Of a DNA stretch of 37,329 nt, positions 1-10,200 are shown piece after piece. The stretch spans positions 1 to 37,329 of the IMG/VR virus record IMGVR_UViG_3300045988_163332. The stretch is one strand, 5' to 3'. How positions within the stretch are numbered: position 1 is the stretch's first letter; each line of letters opens with the position of its first letter. Both the position numbers and the translations under genes were made by a program. Below the pieces are notes generated by a model. It saw only the letters and a program-made list of their open reading frames with translations. It was not told where the DNA came from and searched no databases. Origin of the DNA: a virus.

Positions 1-89
1 ATTTTTTTTTAAAAAATCTCTTGACGTCCCAGTGGGATAGGGTTAATATTTTCTTAACTTGCAAGTGAAAAAATACTTGACGGTCTCAG
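1..89. repeat. Left copy of the 89-bp direct repeat, identical to 37241..37329. Terminal direct repeat of a linear genome or circular-contig overlap.
   Basis: Bases 1..89 are base-for-base identical to 37241..37329. The window ends inside the palindrome ggtctcagagacc, which is complete at 82..94. Confidence 0.9.
21..49 (+). promoter_or_regulatory. Sigma-70-like promoter P1: TTGACG, 17-nt spacer, TAATAT.
   Basis: -35 ttgacg at 21..26, 17-nt spacer, -10 taatat at 44..49. Lies inside the terminal repeat upstream of gene 134..418. Confidence 0.6.
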
Positions 90-105
90 AGACCAGATGT
101 ATGAT
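77..105 (+). promoter_or_regulatory. Sigma-70-like promoter P2 (TTGACG, 17-nt spacer, TATGAT). A 13-bp perfect palindrome ggtctcagagacc (82..94) sits in its spacer and is a candidate operator.
   Basis: -35 at 77..82, -10 at 100..105. The palindrome has 6-bp arms around one central base. The promoter runs across the repeat boundary at 89. Confidence 0.55.
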
Positions 106-133
106 AAGAAAAAACTAATAGGAGAGTGATATA

Positions 134-418
134 ATGAAAGCTTATAGTGTTAGCGAAATAATAGAAGAAGCAGAGGTTTACAATGACTTAGGTGTTTATA
201 CTCTTGAAGATTTAAAAGAGATGACAGAAGAATTTAGTAACAGTAAAAACTTTTTGTCAGATGATGAAATTTTTGCAATAAGAGAAGCATTGGCTGCTGA
301 AGATGGAAAGAGTTTAATTTGGATATTGCTAAATAATGATATTATTGTTTTTGACAGTTATTGTCCACATGAATTAAGAGATAATATTGTAATTAGTGAA
401 TTTGAAATAGAAGATTAA
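134..418 (+). CDS. Strongly acidic 94-aa hypothetical protein. First gene at the left genome end; candidate DNA-mimic or anti-restriction protein.
   Basis: ATG at 134 with SD aggagag 7 nt upstream. About 24 Asp/Glu against about 7 basic residues. Two tandem strong promoters upstream and a hairpin terminator downstream. Confidence 0.6.
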   Translation: MKAYSVSEIIEEAEVYNDLGVYTLEDLKEMTEEFSNSKNFLSDDEIFAIREALAAEDGKSLIWILLNNDIIVFDSYCPHELRDNIVISEFEIED

Positions 419-457
419 TACATGAGCCTTTTAAATCGTTTTTAAGAGGTTTAAAAA

Positions 458-490
458 AGAGAGGTATATATTTACCTCTCTTTTTGTTTT
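458..490. terminator. Bidirectional rho-independent terminator between gene 134..418 (plus) and the holin gene (minus).
   Basis: Stem agagaggta / tacctctct with loop tatatt. T-run on the plus strand and A-run upstream, so it reads as a terminator on both strands. Confidence 0.6.
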
Positions 491-525
491 GACCTACCCT
501 ATTCTAAGGCTCATAAGCTCACATT

Positions 526-981
526 TTATTTTTTCTTGTATTCTTGATATTGAACTAATACTTTTTTTATTTTCTCTGGAATAGGTACTCCACAGATACT
601 TGCATTTTCTAATATAGAAAGTCCCTCATTTGAAATAAAAACTCCTATTGTTAATGTCTTTATTCCTAATTTACTACCAAGTAGTATGTCTAAGTGGTAT
701 GCTAATACTATAACTAGAATTATCATAACCTTTTTTAGCATTCCTATTATACCTAGTTTACTATTAGCAGTACAAGTAATGTAAGCTTTGATAACTCCAG
801 ATATATAATCAACTGCCATAAGTATAAGTAATATTCTTAAAGCTTCATCTTGCCCACCTGTAATCATAAAGATAAAGGCTACTAAACTTCCTATTCCTAT
901 TGCTACACAATTACTTAAAATTTTTATTACATCAACCAACAACCAAAAGAAATCTGTTGCTATTCTAGTAAAATCTCCCAT
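526..981 (-). CDS. Holin of the TcdE / phage_holin_4_1 family.
   Basis: 151 aa with several hydrophobic segments and a charged C-terminus. The C-terminal block SILENASICGVPIPEKIKK matches the TcdE-family motif SILKNMCLCGLPVPKRLKEK. Last gene of the lysis cassette. Confidence 0.75.
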   Translation of the reverse strand: MGDFTRIATDFFWLLVDVIKILSNCVAIGIGSLVAFIFMITGGQDEALRILLILMAVDYISGVIKAYITCTANSKLGIIGMLKKVMIILVIVLAYHLDILLGSKLGIKTLTIGVFISNEGLSILENASICGVPIPEKIKKVLVQYQEYKKK

Positions 982-1232
982 TAATTTCCTCCTATCATAT
1001 AGTCTAGTATCTTTTCAAAAATATTGTAAAACCAAGGTGTTATTTGTAAATTTAAGATATTATCTAATATGAGTAATAATAGTAATATCATAAAGGCAGT
1101 ACCAAGGTAATAGTTAAAACTTGTTAGTTTTTGCTTTTCTATCTCTTGGTCTACCTCGGCATTTCTAGTCCTTTTAAAGATTATACCCAGAGTATCTTTT
1201 ATAACTTCTATTACTGAACCTATAATATTCAA
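981..1232 (-). CDS. Small membrane protein (83 aa), a possible holin accessory or spanin-like component.
   Basis: Hydrophobic stretch AFMILLLLLILDNIL. Sits between the endolysin and holin genes; its stop overlaps the holin start. Confidence 0.45.
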   Translation of the reverse strand: MNIIGSVIEVIKDTLGIIFKRTRNAEVDQEIEKQKLTSFNYYLGTAFMILLLLLILDNILNLQITPWFYNIFEKILDYMIGGN

Positions 1233-1245
1233 GTTATCACTTCCC

Positions 1246-1650
1246 TTAATCTTCCATCAACTCAAAATGTCCTCCATCAAATGAGCCTCTTGCTATCTCA
1301 TCATCATATTTGCCATTCATATTCCAATCTCCACCCCATCTAACTTTAATACCAAGTTTTTCAGCCTCTTCTTTTAGTACATCAGCAATTTTTTTAAATC
1401 CCTCTAAGTCGTTCCAATCTTTAAATGGGTATGGAATAAAATCAAAAGCATATGATTTAGGTTTTTTACAATGCTTAGATTTATTTGTCCAGCTAGTTCC
1501 TTTAGCTTGATTTTCCTTTGCCTCTTCCTCTGTTCTAGCTCCATCTATTATAGAGAAGTCTATTCTTTTTATAGCTTGGCTTGCTATTAATTTTAATCTA
1601 TCATCACACTCTTCTAAGTGTTTTAAACTTCTTTCACTAAATTTAGGCAT
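1246..1650 (-). CDS. Endolysin: single-domain zinc peptidase of the M15 family (L-alanyl-D-glutamate or VanY-like peptidase), with no cell-wall-binding domain.
   Basis: 134 aa with the M15-type C-terminal motif W..GGDW....D..HFEL (GGDWNMNGKYDDEIARGSFDGGHFELMED). Size and architecture match T5-type single-domain endolysins. Lies beside the holin. Confidence 0.7.
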   Translation of the reverse strand: MPKFSERSLKHLEECDDRLKLIASQAIKRIDFSIIDGARTEEEAKENQAKGTSWTNKSKHCKKPKSYAFDFIPYPFKDWNDLEGFKKIADVLKEEAEKLGIKVRWGGDWNMNGKYDDEIARGSFDGGHFELMED

Positions 1651-1669
1651 ATCATCAACCCCTTATTTT

Positions 1670-2521
1670 CTAAATAGATACTTGTGATGTTTCAAGTTTT
1701 TTTAATTCTTCAATAAAATCGTCTATAGTTAAGTCTATTCTATCTTTAGTTTTTAACTTGTCAGCAACAACATAGCATTTAACAACAAAGTCTAAGCATT
1801 GTAATGCTAAAGAATTAAACTCTTCTATAGTTAATAATAGACTATCAGAGCCATCATCATTAAATGACCAAGGAACATTTGTTATAGCCTGTCTAACATT
1901 ATTAGCTATCATAATTCCAGACCCAGTTGAAGATAACATAAGTAACTTTCTACTATCTAAGGTTTGTATGTGAGATTCTTCTCTTATAGTTACTTCACAA
2001 CCTTTAGCAAGGACTTGCATTAGGAGTTCATCTCCTATGTATTTACCTATATAGTCTTTTCTTTCTTCTGAAGTTGCTTTATCTTCATATATCCAAGTAT
2101 CATAGTTCCACTCAATTCTTACTCCTTTTGGTTTTTCAACCTTAACTATTTTGTTATCTTCAATTTTCTCTCCCTCTTGGAGTTTACTTCTGTCAATTAC
2201 CCAATTAGGACTTTCCCATTTGTACTGCCAACTTGGTTGAGGTATTTTTTTGATGTTATCTCCATCTAATATCTCTCCGTCTGTTAGAGTTAAAAGCCCT
2301 AAATCTATAAGTTCTTTTTCAGTAGCTTTTCTAACTGTATCTCCTTCAATAATAGGGTGCCCTATTAGAACTGTATCTCCTGTATAGGTAACTGCATTTT
2401 CATATAACTTTTCTTTTCCTTGTTCTTGCATTTCTTCTGATGTTAAAACTTTTTCTTCTTGCCCTAAACAAAACAAAATACCTTGTTCTGCTTTTTCTTT
2501 ATCATAATAAAATACTATCAT
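1670..2521 (-). CDS. Hypothetical protein in the fibre or lysis-proximal module (283 aa).
   Basis: Long ORF tightly packed with its neighbours. No recognised motif. Confidence 0.5.
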   Translation of the reverse strand: MIVFYYDKEKAEQGILFCLGQEEKVLTSEEMQEQGKEKLYENAVTYTGDTVLIGHPIIEGDTVRKATEKELIDLGLLTLTDGEILDGDNIKKIPQPSWQYKWESPNWVIDRSKLQEGEKIEDNKIVKVEKPKGVRIEWNYDTWIYEDKATSEERKDYIGKYIGDELLMQVLAKGCEVTIREESHIQTLDSRKLLMLSSTGSGIMIANNVRQAITNVPWSFNDDGSDSLLLTIEEFNSLALQCLDFVVKCYVVADKLKTKDRIDLTIDDFIEELKKLETSQVSI

Positions 2522-3022
2522 TTATACCTCCTGTACTTTTACTGAATATTTTTCAGTTACATTCCATCTACCATAAGTATCATCTGAACTCTTTTTAGCT
2601 GTATAAACAATACTAATATTTTTTGTTCCTTTTGGAATATCAACATTGTATGTTCCATAATTTGAAAACTCTTTGCCTAGCACACTTATTGTAGGGTAAC
2701 AACTTTCAACATATTTATTAATAGAAATTGTCAAAGTTCCACCTATAACACTATCTTCTAAAGTAATAGTTCTTGTTGTAGGTGAGCCATATTTAACAAA
2801 CAATTGACCATTATATGTTGTTTTTTCTATTTGCTTTATATTTTTAATATATTTTTTCAAATTTCCTTTTATGAAATAAACTTTATTATCAGAAGTTAAA
2901 TTACTATCAGCTGTTAAATCTAAATATCCATTACCTATTTGAATATAATCTTCTTCTGAATGAGATGTTTTCGTTGAAAAAGAGTGTATAATTTGCCCTT
3001 TCGTAAATTTAATCTTAGCCAT
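2522..3022 (-). CDS. Hypothetical protein (166 aa), probably fibre-associated.
   Basis: ORF packed between the collagen-like fibre gene and the 283-aa gene. Confidence 0.5.
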   Translation of the reverse strand: MAKIKFTKGQIIHSFSTKTSHSEEDYIQIGNGYLDLTADSNLTSDNKVYFIKGNLKKYIKNIKQIEKTTYNGQLFVKYGSPTTRTITLEDSVIGGTLTISINKYVESCYPTISVLGKEFSNYGTYNVDIPKGTKNISIVYTAKKSSDDTYGRWNVTEKYSVKVQEV

Positions 3023-3035
3023 ATTGCACCTTCTT

Positions 3036-3914
3036 CTAATCTGTTATTATTAAAGTCCAACCATTAATTATTAAACTTCCACAAGTTAAACCAGAGTTAG
3101 TAACTATTGCTCCTAATACTGTTAGATTTTGTGTAATAGTTCCACCAGATGTTGGAAGTTTTGTATTATCAGCTATTGTAATATTGGCACTACCATTAAA
3201 ACTAACTCCGTTGATAGTTCTAGCAGTTTGCAATTTTGTAGCAGTAGCAGAGTTTCCTATACAAACATCAGCACTATCAGCAGTTGTAGCACTCTTTGCT
3301 TTATCTTCTTTACCTAATTTATTATCTAATAAATTATTAGTTTCAGTTTTAGTATATATATCTGGTTTATTTATTAGTTTTTCATAATCAGTAGTTCCAG
3401 GTTGACCGCTTTGTCCTGGTATCCCTTGTTGACCTCTAGGGGCAGTAAAATCATATGTGCTACCATTAGTTAAAGTCACAGTATAAACATTTCCACCATC
3501 TTCATTAGTATTCTTAAATGTTATACTTTTTACTCCTACTCCATCAGCTCCTTTAGGACCTTGAATACCTTGCTCTCCAGTATCTCCCTTAGGTCCTTGA
3601 GGACCAGTATTTCCAGTTATACCTTGTTCCCCTTTATCTCCCTTAGGTCCTTGAATACCTTGAGGACCTTGGGGACCTTGTGGTCCAGTATCTCCCTTAT
3701 CTCCTTTAGGACCTTGAATACCTTGCTCTCCAGTATCTCCTTTAGGACCTTGAGGACCTTGTATTCCTTGCTCTCCTTTTGCACCAGGTAAACCTTGAAT
3801 ACCTTGTTCCCCTTGTATTCCTTGTTCTCCTTTAGGACCTTGAGGTCCGATATCTCCTTGTTCTCCTTTAGGACCTTGAGGACCTACAACATTACCTATA
3901 ATTAATTTTGGCAT
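3036..3914 (-). CDS. Collagen-like repeat protein, a second tail fibre or fibre subunit.
   Basis: Residues 11..125 are continuous Gly-X-Y triplets (nt about 3540..3884), mostly GPQ, GPK, GEQ and GIQ. The C-terminal part is globular and rich in Thr, Asn and Gly. Confidence 0.6.
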   Translation of the reverse strand: MPKLIIGNVVGPQGPKGEQGDIGPQGPKGEQGIQGEQGIQGLPGAKGEQGIQGPQGPKGDTGEQGIQGPKGDKGDTGPQGPQGPQGIQGPKGDKGEQGITGNTGPQGPKGDTGEQGIQGPKGADGVGVKSITFKNTNEDGGNVYTVTLTNGSTYDFTAPRGQQGIPGQSGQPGTTDYEKLINKPDIYTKTETNNLLDNKLGKEDKAKSATTADSADVCIGNSATATKLQTARTINGVSFNGSANITIADNTKLPTSGGTITQNLTVLGAIVTNSGLTCGSLIINGWTLIITD

Positions 3915-3927
3915 AATTAAAACCTCC

Positions 3928-5307
3928 TTATTCTAAAATTTCTAATACCAAATTCCCATCTTCATCTATTGAAAAATTTGGTTGAGTATCATTCTCGTTA
4001 TAATATACAACTAAGTTTCCATCTTCTATTTGGAATATGTACTGACTATTTATAGGAGTGATTACAGCAGTTCCATTATCTCCTTTATCTCCCTTATCTC
4101 CTTTAGGACCTTGTATTCCTTGAGGACCTTGGGGTCCGATATCTCCCTGCTCTCCCTTAGGTCCTTGTTCTCCTTGTATTCCTTGAATGCCTTGTTCGCC
4201 TTTTAGTCCTTGAAGTCCTCTTTCTCCTTGAATACCTTGTTCCCCTTGTATTCCTTGAATACCTTGAGGACCTGTTATTCCTTGAGGACCTTGAGGTCCA
4301 ACTTCTCCTTGTATTCCTTGCTCTCCTTGAATACCTTGAGGTCCATTTTCCCCTCTTTCTCCTTGGTCTCCTTTATCTCCTTTGAATCCTCTTTCTCCTC
4401 TTTCCCCTTTCGGTCCTTCTGGTCCATCATTGCCTTGAATACCTTGAGGACCTCTTCGTGCTAATAATTCTCCTATAATTTCTCCGTCTTCACGGTAGAC
4501 TGTATAGACGTTTCCTTCTGGTAATTCTTTATTAAAACCAACACTTGCTATTGAGTACCCTCTTTCTCCTTTTAAATCTTGCATATGATAGTCTATATAA
4601 TCTTGGATTTCTTTTTCTGCTTCTTCTATTTTTTCTTGTGTATATTTATCTAATTTTAAATAACTATCTGTTTTAAGATAATTATCAATAATTTCTTTTA
4701 AATCTTTTTCTAATTGAATAACTAGCTCTTTTACTCTATTATCCAAATCTTCAAGTAATATTTTTTTTGTATCTTCATAAATCTTATTGAGCAACTCTTG
4801 ATATTTCTCAAATAGTGTAGTTACAGGATAAGTAGCTATCCCATCATCTGACATATACCAGATAGAACCTTTTGGTAAATCTGGTAAACCTAATTGTTTG
4901 GGTATTCCACTATCTACAAATAATTGAGATTTTATAATTTCTTTTTCTGTTCCAAGTATTGCAGCTTTTATTTTAGTAAACATATTATTTAGATTTTCTG
5001 GTGTAATATCTCCTGTACTACTAAAAGTAAAATCTAAATCAAAATAAGGTTCAGACTTAACTATCTTAATATCTGTGTAATCATTCCATATGTCATCTGG
5101 GTAGTTAGTAAAATCAATGTTTCCAGCATTGTATGTGTAATAATCTTTAGGTATAAGGAATATAAAAGCTGTGCTAGTTATAGGATTTTGTTTTTTCCCA
5201 TAGACTTCACAACTTGTCATTAAGTCTGAAAAGCTAGTAGCATACTGTTGTCTATTCTCTTCTAACTTAAAATACTCTTTTTTAAAATTTAACATTTGCT
5301 TAAACAC
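3928..5307 (-). CDS. Tail fibre protein with an internal collagen-like triple-helix region.
   Basis: 459 aa. The N-terminal part is globular. Residues 286..412 are Gly-X-Y repeats (nt about 4072..4452), followed by a short C-terminal beta-rich tail. Confidence 0.6.
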   Translation of the reverse strand: MFKQMLNFKKEYFKLEENRQQYATSFSDLMTSCEVYGKKQNPITSTAFIFLIPKDYYTYNAGNIDFTNYPDDIWNDYTDIKIVKSEPYFDLDFTFSSTGDITPENLNNMFTKIKAAILGTEKEIIKSQLFVDSGIPKQLGLPDLPKGSIWYMSDDGIATYPVTTLFEKYQELLNKIYEDTKKILLEDLDNRVKELVIQLEKDLKEIIDNYLKTDSYLKLDKYTQEKIEEAEKEIQDYIDYHMQDLKGERGYSIASVGFNKELPEGNVYTVYREDGEIIGELLARRGPQGIQGNDGPEGPKGERGERGFKGDKGDQGERGENGPQGIQGEQGIQGEVGPQGPQGITGPQGIQGIQGEQGIQGERGLQGLKGEQGIQGIQGEQGPKGEQGDIGPQGPQGIQGPKGDKGDKGDNGTAVITPINSQYIFQIEDGNLVVYYNENDTQPNFSIDEDGNLVLEILE

Positions 5308-5315
5308 CTCTTTTC

Positions 5316-6827
5316 TTAATAATAAGTTGTTAGTGGTCCATCAAAACTATCTTTTAGATATATGCTAGCAAATATCATAGCAGTTCTAAATGAATCTGCG
5401 TCATCAGAAGCTTTATCATTTGCGTCGTGGTCTGGTATATCTAAGTAACAGTTCATGGACTTGTTATATTTTTTGACATAGCCTCCTAATTGTATAACTC
5501 CTATGTTACACTCGTTATTATCTATCTCTACATTTTCAAACTCCTTTCTTATATAGTTGATTTGATTTATTAATGTAGTCATATCATTTTTAGCTAGCTC
5601 TGTCTTAGATAGAGTTCTTACATCACTAAAATAATTTAATCTTATGTAGTCACTTCTTTTTGAAGTTGCACTCCATTCCTCGACATCTCCATCATGTGGT
5701 AGTACCATAGTAGGCTGCATATAGTACCCATTATCTTTGCACCATTTTTTTATATATTGGCAGCAGTGGTCTGGTCCTTGTCCAGTAACTCTATAATGTT
5801 TTATGAATCTAATTCTATTATTGTGAGGGTTCTTTTGAAAAAACCATAATACTGTATGGTCCCTTTTTCCTATATCCCAAGCAACATATAAAGGTTGTTG
5901 TGTCCAGAAATGCCCTGTGTATATTTGAGTATATCTTCTACTTACACTATCCAATAACTCTTCATACCTACCATAAAACTTTATCCTTTCATCTTCATAA
6001 GCTTTTTTTAGTTGTTCTCCATACCAAGCACCAACTAGATGAGTATTGATTTTACATTCCCACTCTTGAGCGTATGAATCGGGGTCCATAGTAAGAGCTT
6101 GTTTTCTAAGTTCTTTATCATTTATTACCCTCTCCCCTTTATAGTTCAAGGAATCTTTTCCAGATTGAATATCTACATACCACATATCTTTAATTTCTTT
6201 ATTTTCTGGTTTACTTAGGATAGTGAAGTAATCTATAAAAAGTTTAGTAAACCAATTATATTTACCCCTTGGTGTAGAGATAAATATTACAAAACCAAAG
6301 TCTGTGTTATTGATAACCATATCAACTGCAGGTTTCATATATTGATAGAACTTTTCTTTTATAAGTGCTGCCTCTGTATAAATAACTCCTCTAGCTCCTA
6401 CCCCTACACTTGCGTCTGGGTTATCTCCTCCACGAAAGAAGATTTTTGCTCCGTTAAATAAAGTTACACTCCAATCTGATTTATTAACTTTAGGTCCTCT
6501 TGGATTTGCTAGTATTTCATCTGGTATAAGATTTTCAAGTAAAGGTAACCCGTTTAATGTCTTCCCATCTACAACTATCTCCTTTACCTGTCTAAAATAT
6601 GGTGCATAGATATAGTAGTTTCCTGGGTGTTGAATAGCTGCTAGTATCATAATGAGTAGTGAAATAAAGTCCTTTCCATATCTTCTATGAGCCATTAGTG
6701 CAAAATACTTTTTCTTATTTTCCAAGACATTGTCCAGAAGTTCTTTCTGTCCTTTGTGTAGATATTTAATAACTTTTTTATAACTGATGGTTACTCTTCT
6801 TTTTGCTGCTCTTCCTAAAAAATTCAA
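5316..6827 (-). CDS. terL: Terminase large subunit (ATPase plus RNaseH-like nuclease).
   Basis: N-terminal deviant Walker A (AHRRYGKDF, nt about 6669..6680). A Walker B-like block follows ([12 protein letters not shown]). Nuclease motifs in the C-terminal half include [21 protein letters not shown] and [13 protein letters not shown]. Its location, separated from the small subunit gene, is unusual. Confidence 0.6.
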   Translation of the reverse strand: MNFLGRAAKRRVTISYKKVIKYLHKGQKELLDNVLENKKKYFALMAHRRYGKDFISLLIMILAAIQHPGNYYIYAPYFRQVKEIVVDGKTLNGLPLLENLIPDEILANPRGPKVNKSDWSVTLFNGAKIFFRGGDNPDASVGVGARGVIYTEAALIKEKFYQYMKPAVDMVINNTDFGFVIFISTPRGKYNWFTKLFIDYFTILSKPENKEIKDMWYVDIQSGKDSLNYKGERVINDKELRKQALTMDPDSYAQEWECKINTHLVGAWYGEQLKKAYEDERIKFYGRYEELLDSVSRRYTQIYTGHFWTQQPLYVAWDIGKRDHTVLWFFQKNPHNNRIRFIKHYRVTGQGPDHCCQYIKKWCKDNGYYMQPTMVLPHDGDVEEWSATSKRSDYIRLNYFSDVRTLSKTELAKNDMTTLINQINYIRKEFENVEIDNNECNIGVIQLGGYVKKYNKSMNCYLDIPDHDANDKASDDADSFRTAMIFASIYLKDSFDGPLTTYY

Positions 6828-6852
6828 AACTCCACCTCCTTACCTGTTTGAT

Positions 6853-6889
6853 AAAATAAAAAAAGGACAACCCTTTTAGGTTGTCCTTT
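6853..6889 (-). terminator. Rho-independent terminator (minus orientation) between the giant virion gene and terL.
   Basis: Stem aaaggacaacc / ggttgtccttt with loop ctttta. On the minus-strand RNA it is followed by a U-run (plus-strand A-run 6855..6864). Confidence 0.55.
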
Positions 6890-6905
6890 GATTTTTCTGT
6901 AAATG

Positions 6906-6932
6906 GAAAAAGGCAACTCTAAAAGGTTGCCT
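6906..6932 (-). terminator. Second hairpin with a U-rich tail, in tandem with 6853..6889.
   Basis: Stem aggcaac / gttgcct with loop tctaaaag. A short A-run sits upstream on the plus strand, which is a U-run for minus-strand RNA. Confidence 0.4.
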
Positions 6933-7217
6933 GATTTTCTTAAAATTATTATATCATTAAATACTAAAAAAGTCTATAAAAAGAAAATGGCTGGTATAGT
7001 TGCAGCTATACCAGCGATGAACATACTAAGTCTTTCGTTCTTCTTAGTAATTAAATTATAACAAAAATAACTAGAAAGTTCAAGATATTTTTGTTATAAT
7101 AAGTCTAGCCCACCAAGAAAGGGGGTGAACATCATTAAGTCTTTCGTTCTAAGACTAATAATACTGGTTATTCTGTTTTTCTTAGTAAACAGAGTTGCAT
7201 TATAATTAGTCAAAAAA

Positions 7218-7246
7218 GGGGAGTGTTGCAGCACTCCTCCTTTTTT
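7218..7246. terminator. Bidirectional hairpin terminator just downstream of the stop of the 1633-aa gene.
   Basis: Stem ggagtg / cactcc with loop ttgcag. T6 on the plus strand (7241..7246) and T5 on the minus strand. Confidence 0.55.
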
Positions 7247-10200
7247 ATTCTCCTACTATTTTTTCTGCTAAATCATATCCTGTTTTAGCCATATTAACAT
7301 TTGATGTACCTAGTCCTAGTTTTAAAATATTTGCTCCAGCTTTTTCAAAATCTCCTTTAGATAAATTTTGAGCTATCTGTATAGGTCTTCTTGCTACTGC
7401 TGAACCATTAACTAAAGCCCAAGAGTTTATTTGAGAATCTAGTACTTCCCAAAATGCACTACCTGGACTATCTATTAAATCATCTATTTTTTCATTGATA
7501 GTTGCTATTGGGTCAGTGTAAAAATCTAAGTCGGTTACAAGTGCTAGTCCTCCATATAGTCCTGTTACTCCTAAGATATGTTTGAATAATCTTTTTTGCC
7601 ATATCTTATTGCCCCAATCAAAATGCCCATCTACTATATTAGAGGCGTATAAATCTCTTCCCAATCTTCTCCATTGTTCTTGTATAGAAGTTTTGAAGTT
7701 TCCCATCAACCTCATAAAATTTCTGTGGATAGGATTTTCAATATTTTCAATGACAGCTCTCATAGAAGCATTAGTTTCAGTAGGGGAAATATCAGTAACT
7801 ATTTTGTCATGTAACTTAGTTATTTTTTCAGTAATATTTTTTCTTATTAAGTCAAATTCTTCATTGTATAGAACTCTTCCTAATTGTTTTTCTACTTCTG
7901 ATTTATTTATAAAATCAAATAAGTCAACTTCATTAAATACACCTAACTCATTAAATTCTGGAATATCTTTTAATTTTTTTATGAAATAAAAGTCTAAATC
8001 ATCTATACCTACATTTTTAAATAAATTTTTCATATAGGCAGTATTATTTTTAAATAAATCATCTAAGTCTTGAAATTTACTCATATTTCTTAAAATCTCT
8101 GCACCCTCAAAAAAAGCTGCAAGTTTCATAACCTTTTGGCTCTCTCCATAAAAATTTAATTTATTAAGTCCTGTGTCTATTCCACTAATTATCTTTTCCC
8201 ATTTGCTACCATACTTATTTATCCTTTCTGCTATCTCTCCTGTTACATCATCTGCCTTATCCATAATAGAATTGAAAAATTTTAAAGGTACTGAATATTC
8301 AAATCTACTTCCTAAAGCTTTATCATATTTATCAAACATTTCTTTACTTAGATATAGCACTTGTGCAGCCTTTAAAAAATTTTTATAAGTTTCAGTAATA
8401 CCTGCTGAATTATATAACATAGTGCTAGCCCTTGCCATTGTTGGTGCTTCAAATATAAAGTCCTTTGTAAATTTAAGCCCTGTTAAACTAACTTTATTAC
8501 TATAACTTAAAAAATTAGTAATAGCTTTGTCTGCTATTGTTTTTGGTGGTTTTGTAATTCTTCCTAAATCCATTCCTATTCTATCATCTATTTTTTTCTC
8601 AATGGCTCTAACTAAAGTTTTATAAGTATCATTTGCAGTTTTTCTTTGAGTTTCATTCAAGATTCTTTCTATACCATTCATTCCATGTCCTGGTAAATTA
8701 TCTTTAATGGCTTTAGCTACTGAAATTTCTCTTATAAATCTTCTAATAGCTGTTCTATCAGAAGTCTTATTTTTATTTACAAGTCTTGTTAGATTTTTTC
8801 TTTTTATAATTTTTTCTCCATTAATAAAGTCATCAAATCTACCAAATCTATGAAGATGTCCTCCGAGAAATTTATTTTTGTAACTTCCTTTCTTACTCAT
8901 CATATCCATAGTATAAAAATATTTTGCATTATTTTTTCTACTTTCTAATATATTTTGAGCTATAAGGTTAGTATCCACCTCTTTGTAAAAGTCTGATTTT
9001 TCAATAAATTCTTTTATTTGTGGTATTCCCTCAAGTTTATATTTTTTAACAAGTGCTTTCTTATCTGATGAACTCATACACTCATTAGCTTTAGCCATTA
9101 ATTTTATAATTTTTTCTTTAGGAGCTTTATTCTTTCCTTTAAGATTATTAATTAAAGTTTCTGGTGTTGATTCAAAGAACTCTAAATTATCTTCTGCAAA
9201 AGCATTTCTTATAGTAAGCAATCTTTCTGGGATATTAAGTTCTACTAAATCATCATAACTCAAATCTCCTCTTATAAATTTATCTAAATCAACCTTTTTA
9301 TCATCTCCTAGATACTTCAATATATCTTCTTGTCTTATATATTTTTCTGCACTTAGGTTGTGGTCAAACATAAAATTATTGACAATGTCATCTACTGTTA
9401 TCTCATAACCATTTGTCAATTCTTTCATAGTGCTATAAAACTCTTCTCTTAATCTTAGTATCTCTGGTTCAAGCTCTTTTAAGCTATCTGGTAAACTTTT
9501 ATAATTCCATCTAAATAGATAATGAGTTAGATTTTCTCCATTCTCTTCAAATAAACTTATTAATTTATCTGGATTTAATTTCTCGCCTTTATAAGTTATA
9601 TTGAAAGCATTAGTTAGCATACCTTCCATTTGTTGCTTAGTTTTCTCGTATGGAATAAATAAATTTGTTTCAAGATATTCGCTCATAAGTGATGAAGCTT
9701 GTCCAACGTCTTTAGCTTTCCAAAATATTTCTGGTATATCATTTTTCCACTTAGCATACTTACTAAAACTTTTTCTAAGTTCTGCTATTTTTTTACCTGG
9801 GTCTTTTATTCCTTTTACAGAATCAATCATATTTGAAAATGCTACTATGTCTTCAGTTCCTGTATTTTTAGGTAATTGTAAATCAAGTAATTCTACAGTT
9901 TCAGAATTTATTTTACCATTTTTTAACATGTTATTTATTTTGTCATTTATTATATAACTAATCTCAAAATTTACATCTGGATATTTAGAAAAATGTCCTT
10001 TTGTCATATCTTCTATAGCTTCTCCAAATGTCATATCTGCTATATCTTTTTTTTGAAATTTTATACTCTTAAATCCTGGAGCTTGGTATTTGTCTATTGC
10101 GTGTTCTATTTCATGCCTTAAAGTACCTAGTTTTAAATCTAAATCATCTTTCATCATTAATGGATTTAAACTTATTTTTATTTCTCTTTGGTTACTTGAA

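Noticed and set aside
3129-4464. Plus-strand ORFs 3129..3317, 3184..3387, 3561..3791 and 4210..4464 with low-complexity products (Ser/Leu/Arg/Thr repeats).
   Set aside because: They are antisense readings of the Gly-X-Y repeat DNA inside the minus-strand collagen-like genes. The 9-bp periodic DNA keeps every frame open. They have no RBS and overlap genes that have clear context.
3036-5307. Invertible tail-fibre segment (Gin/Cin-type host-range switch) controlled by the serine recombinase.
   Set aside because: The recombinase gene is 12 kb away. The two fibre genes are in direct, not inverted, orientation. I found no 26-bp inverted crossover sites flanking them.
3036-5307. Diversity-generating retroelement targeting the fibre genes.
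   Set aside because: No reverse transcriptase gene and no template/variable repeat pair with adenine-specific differences. The repeats are collagen triplets.
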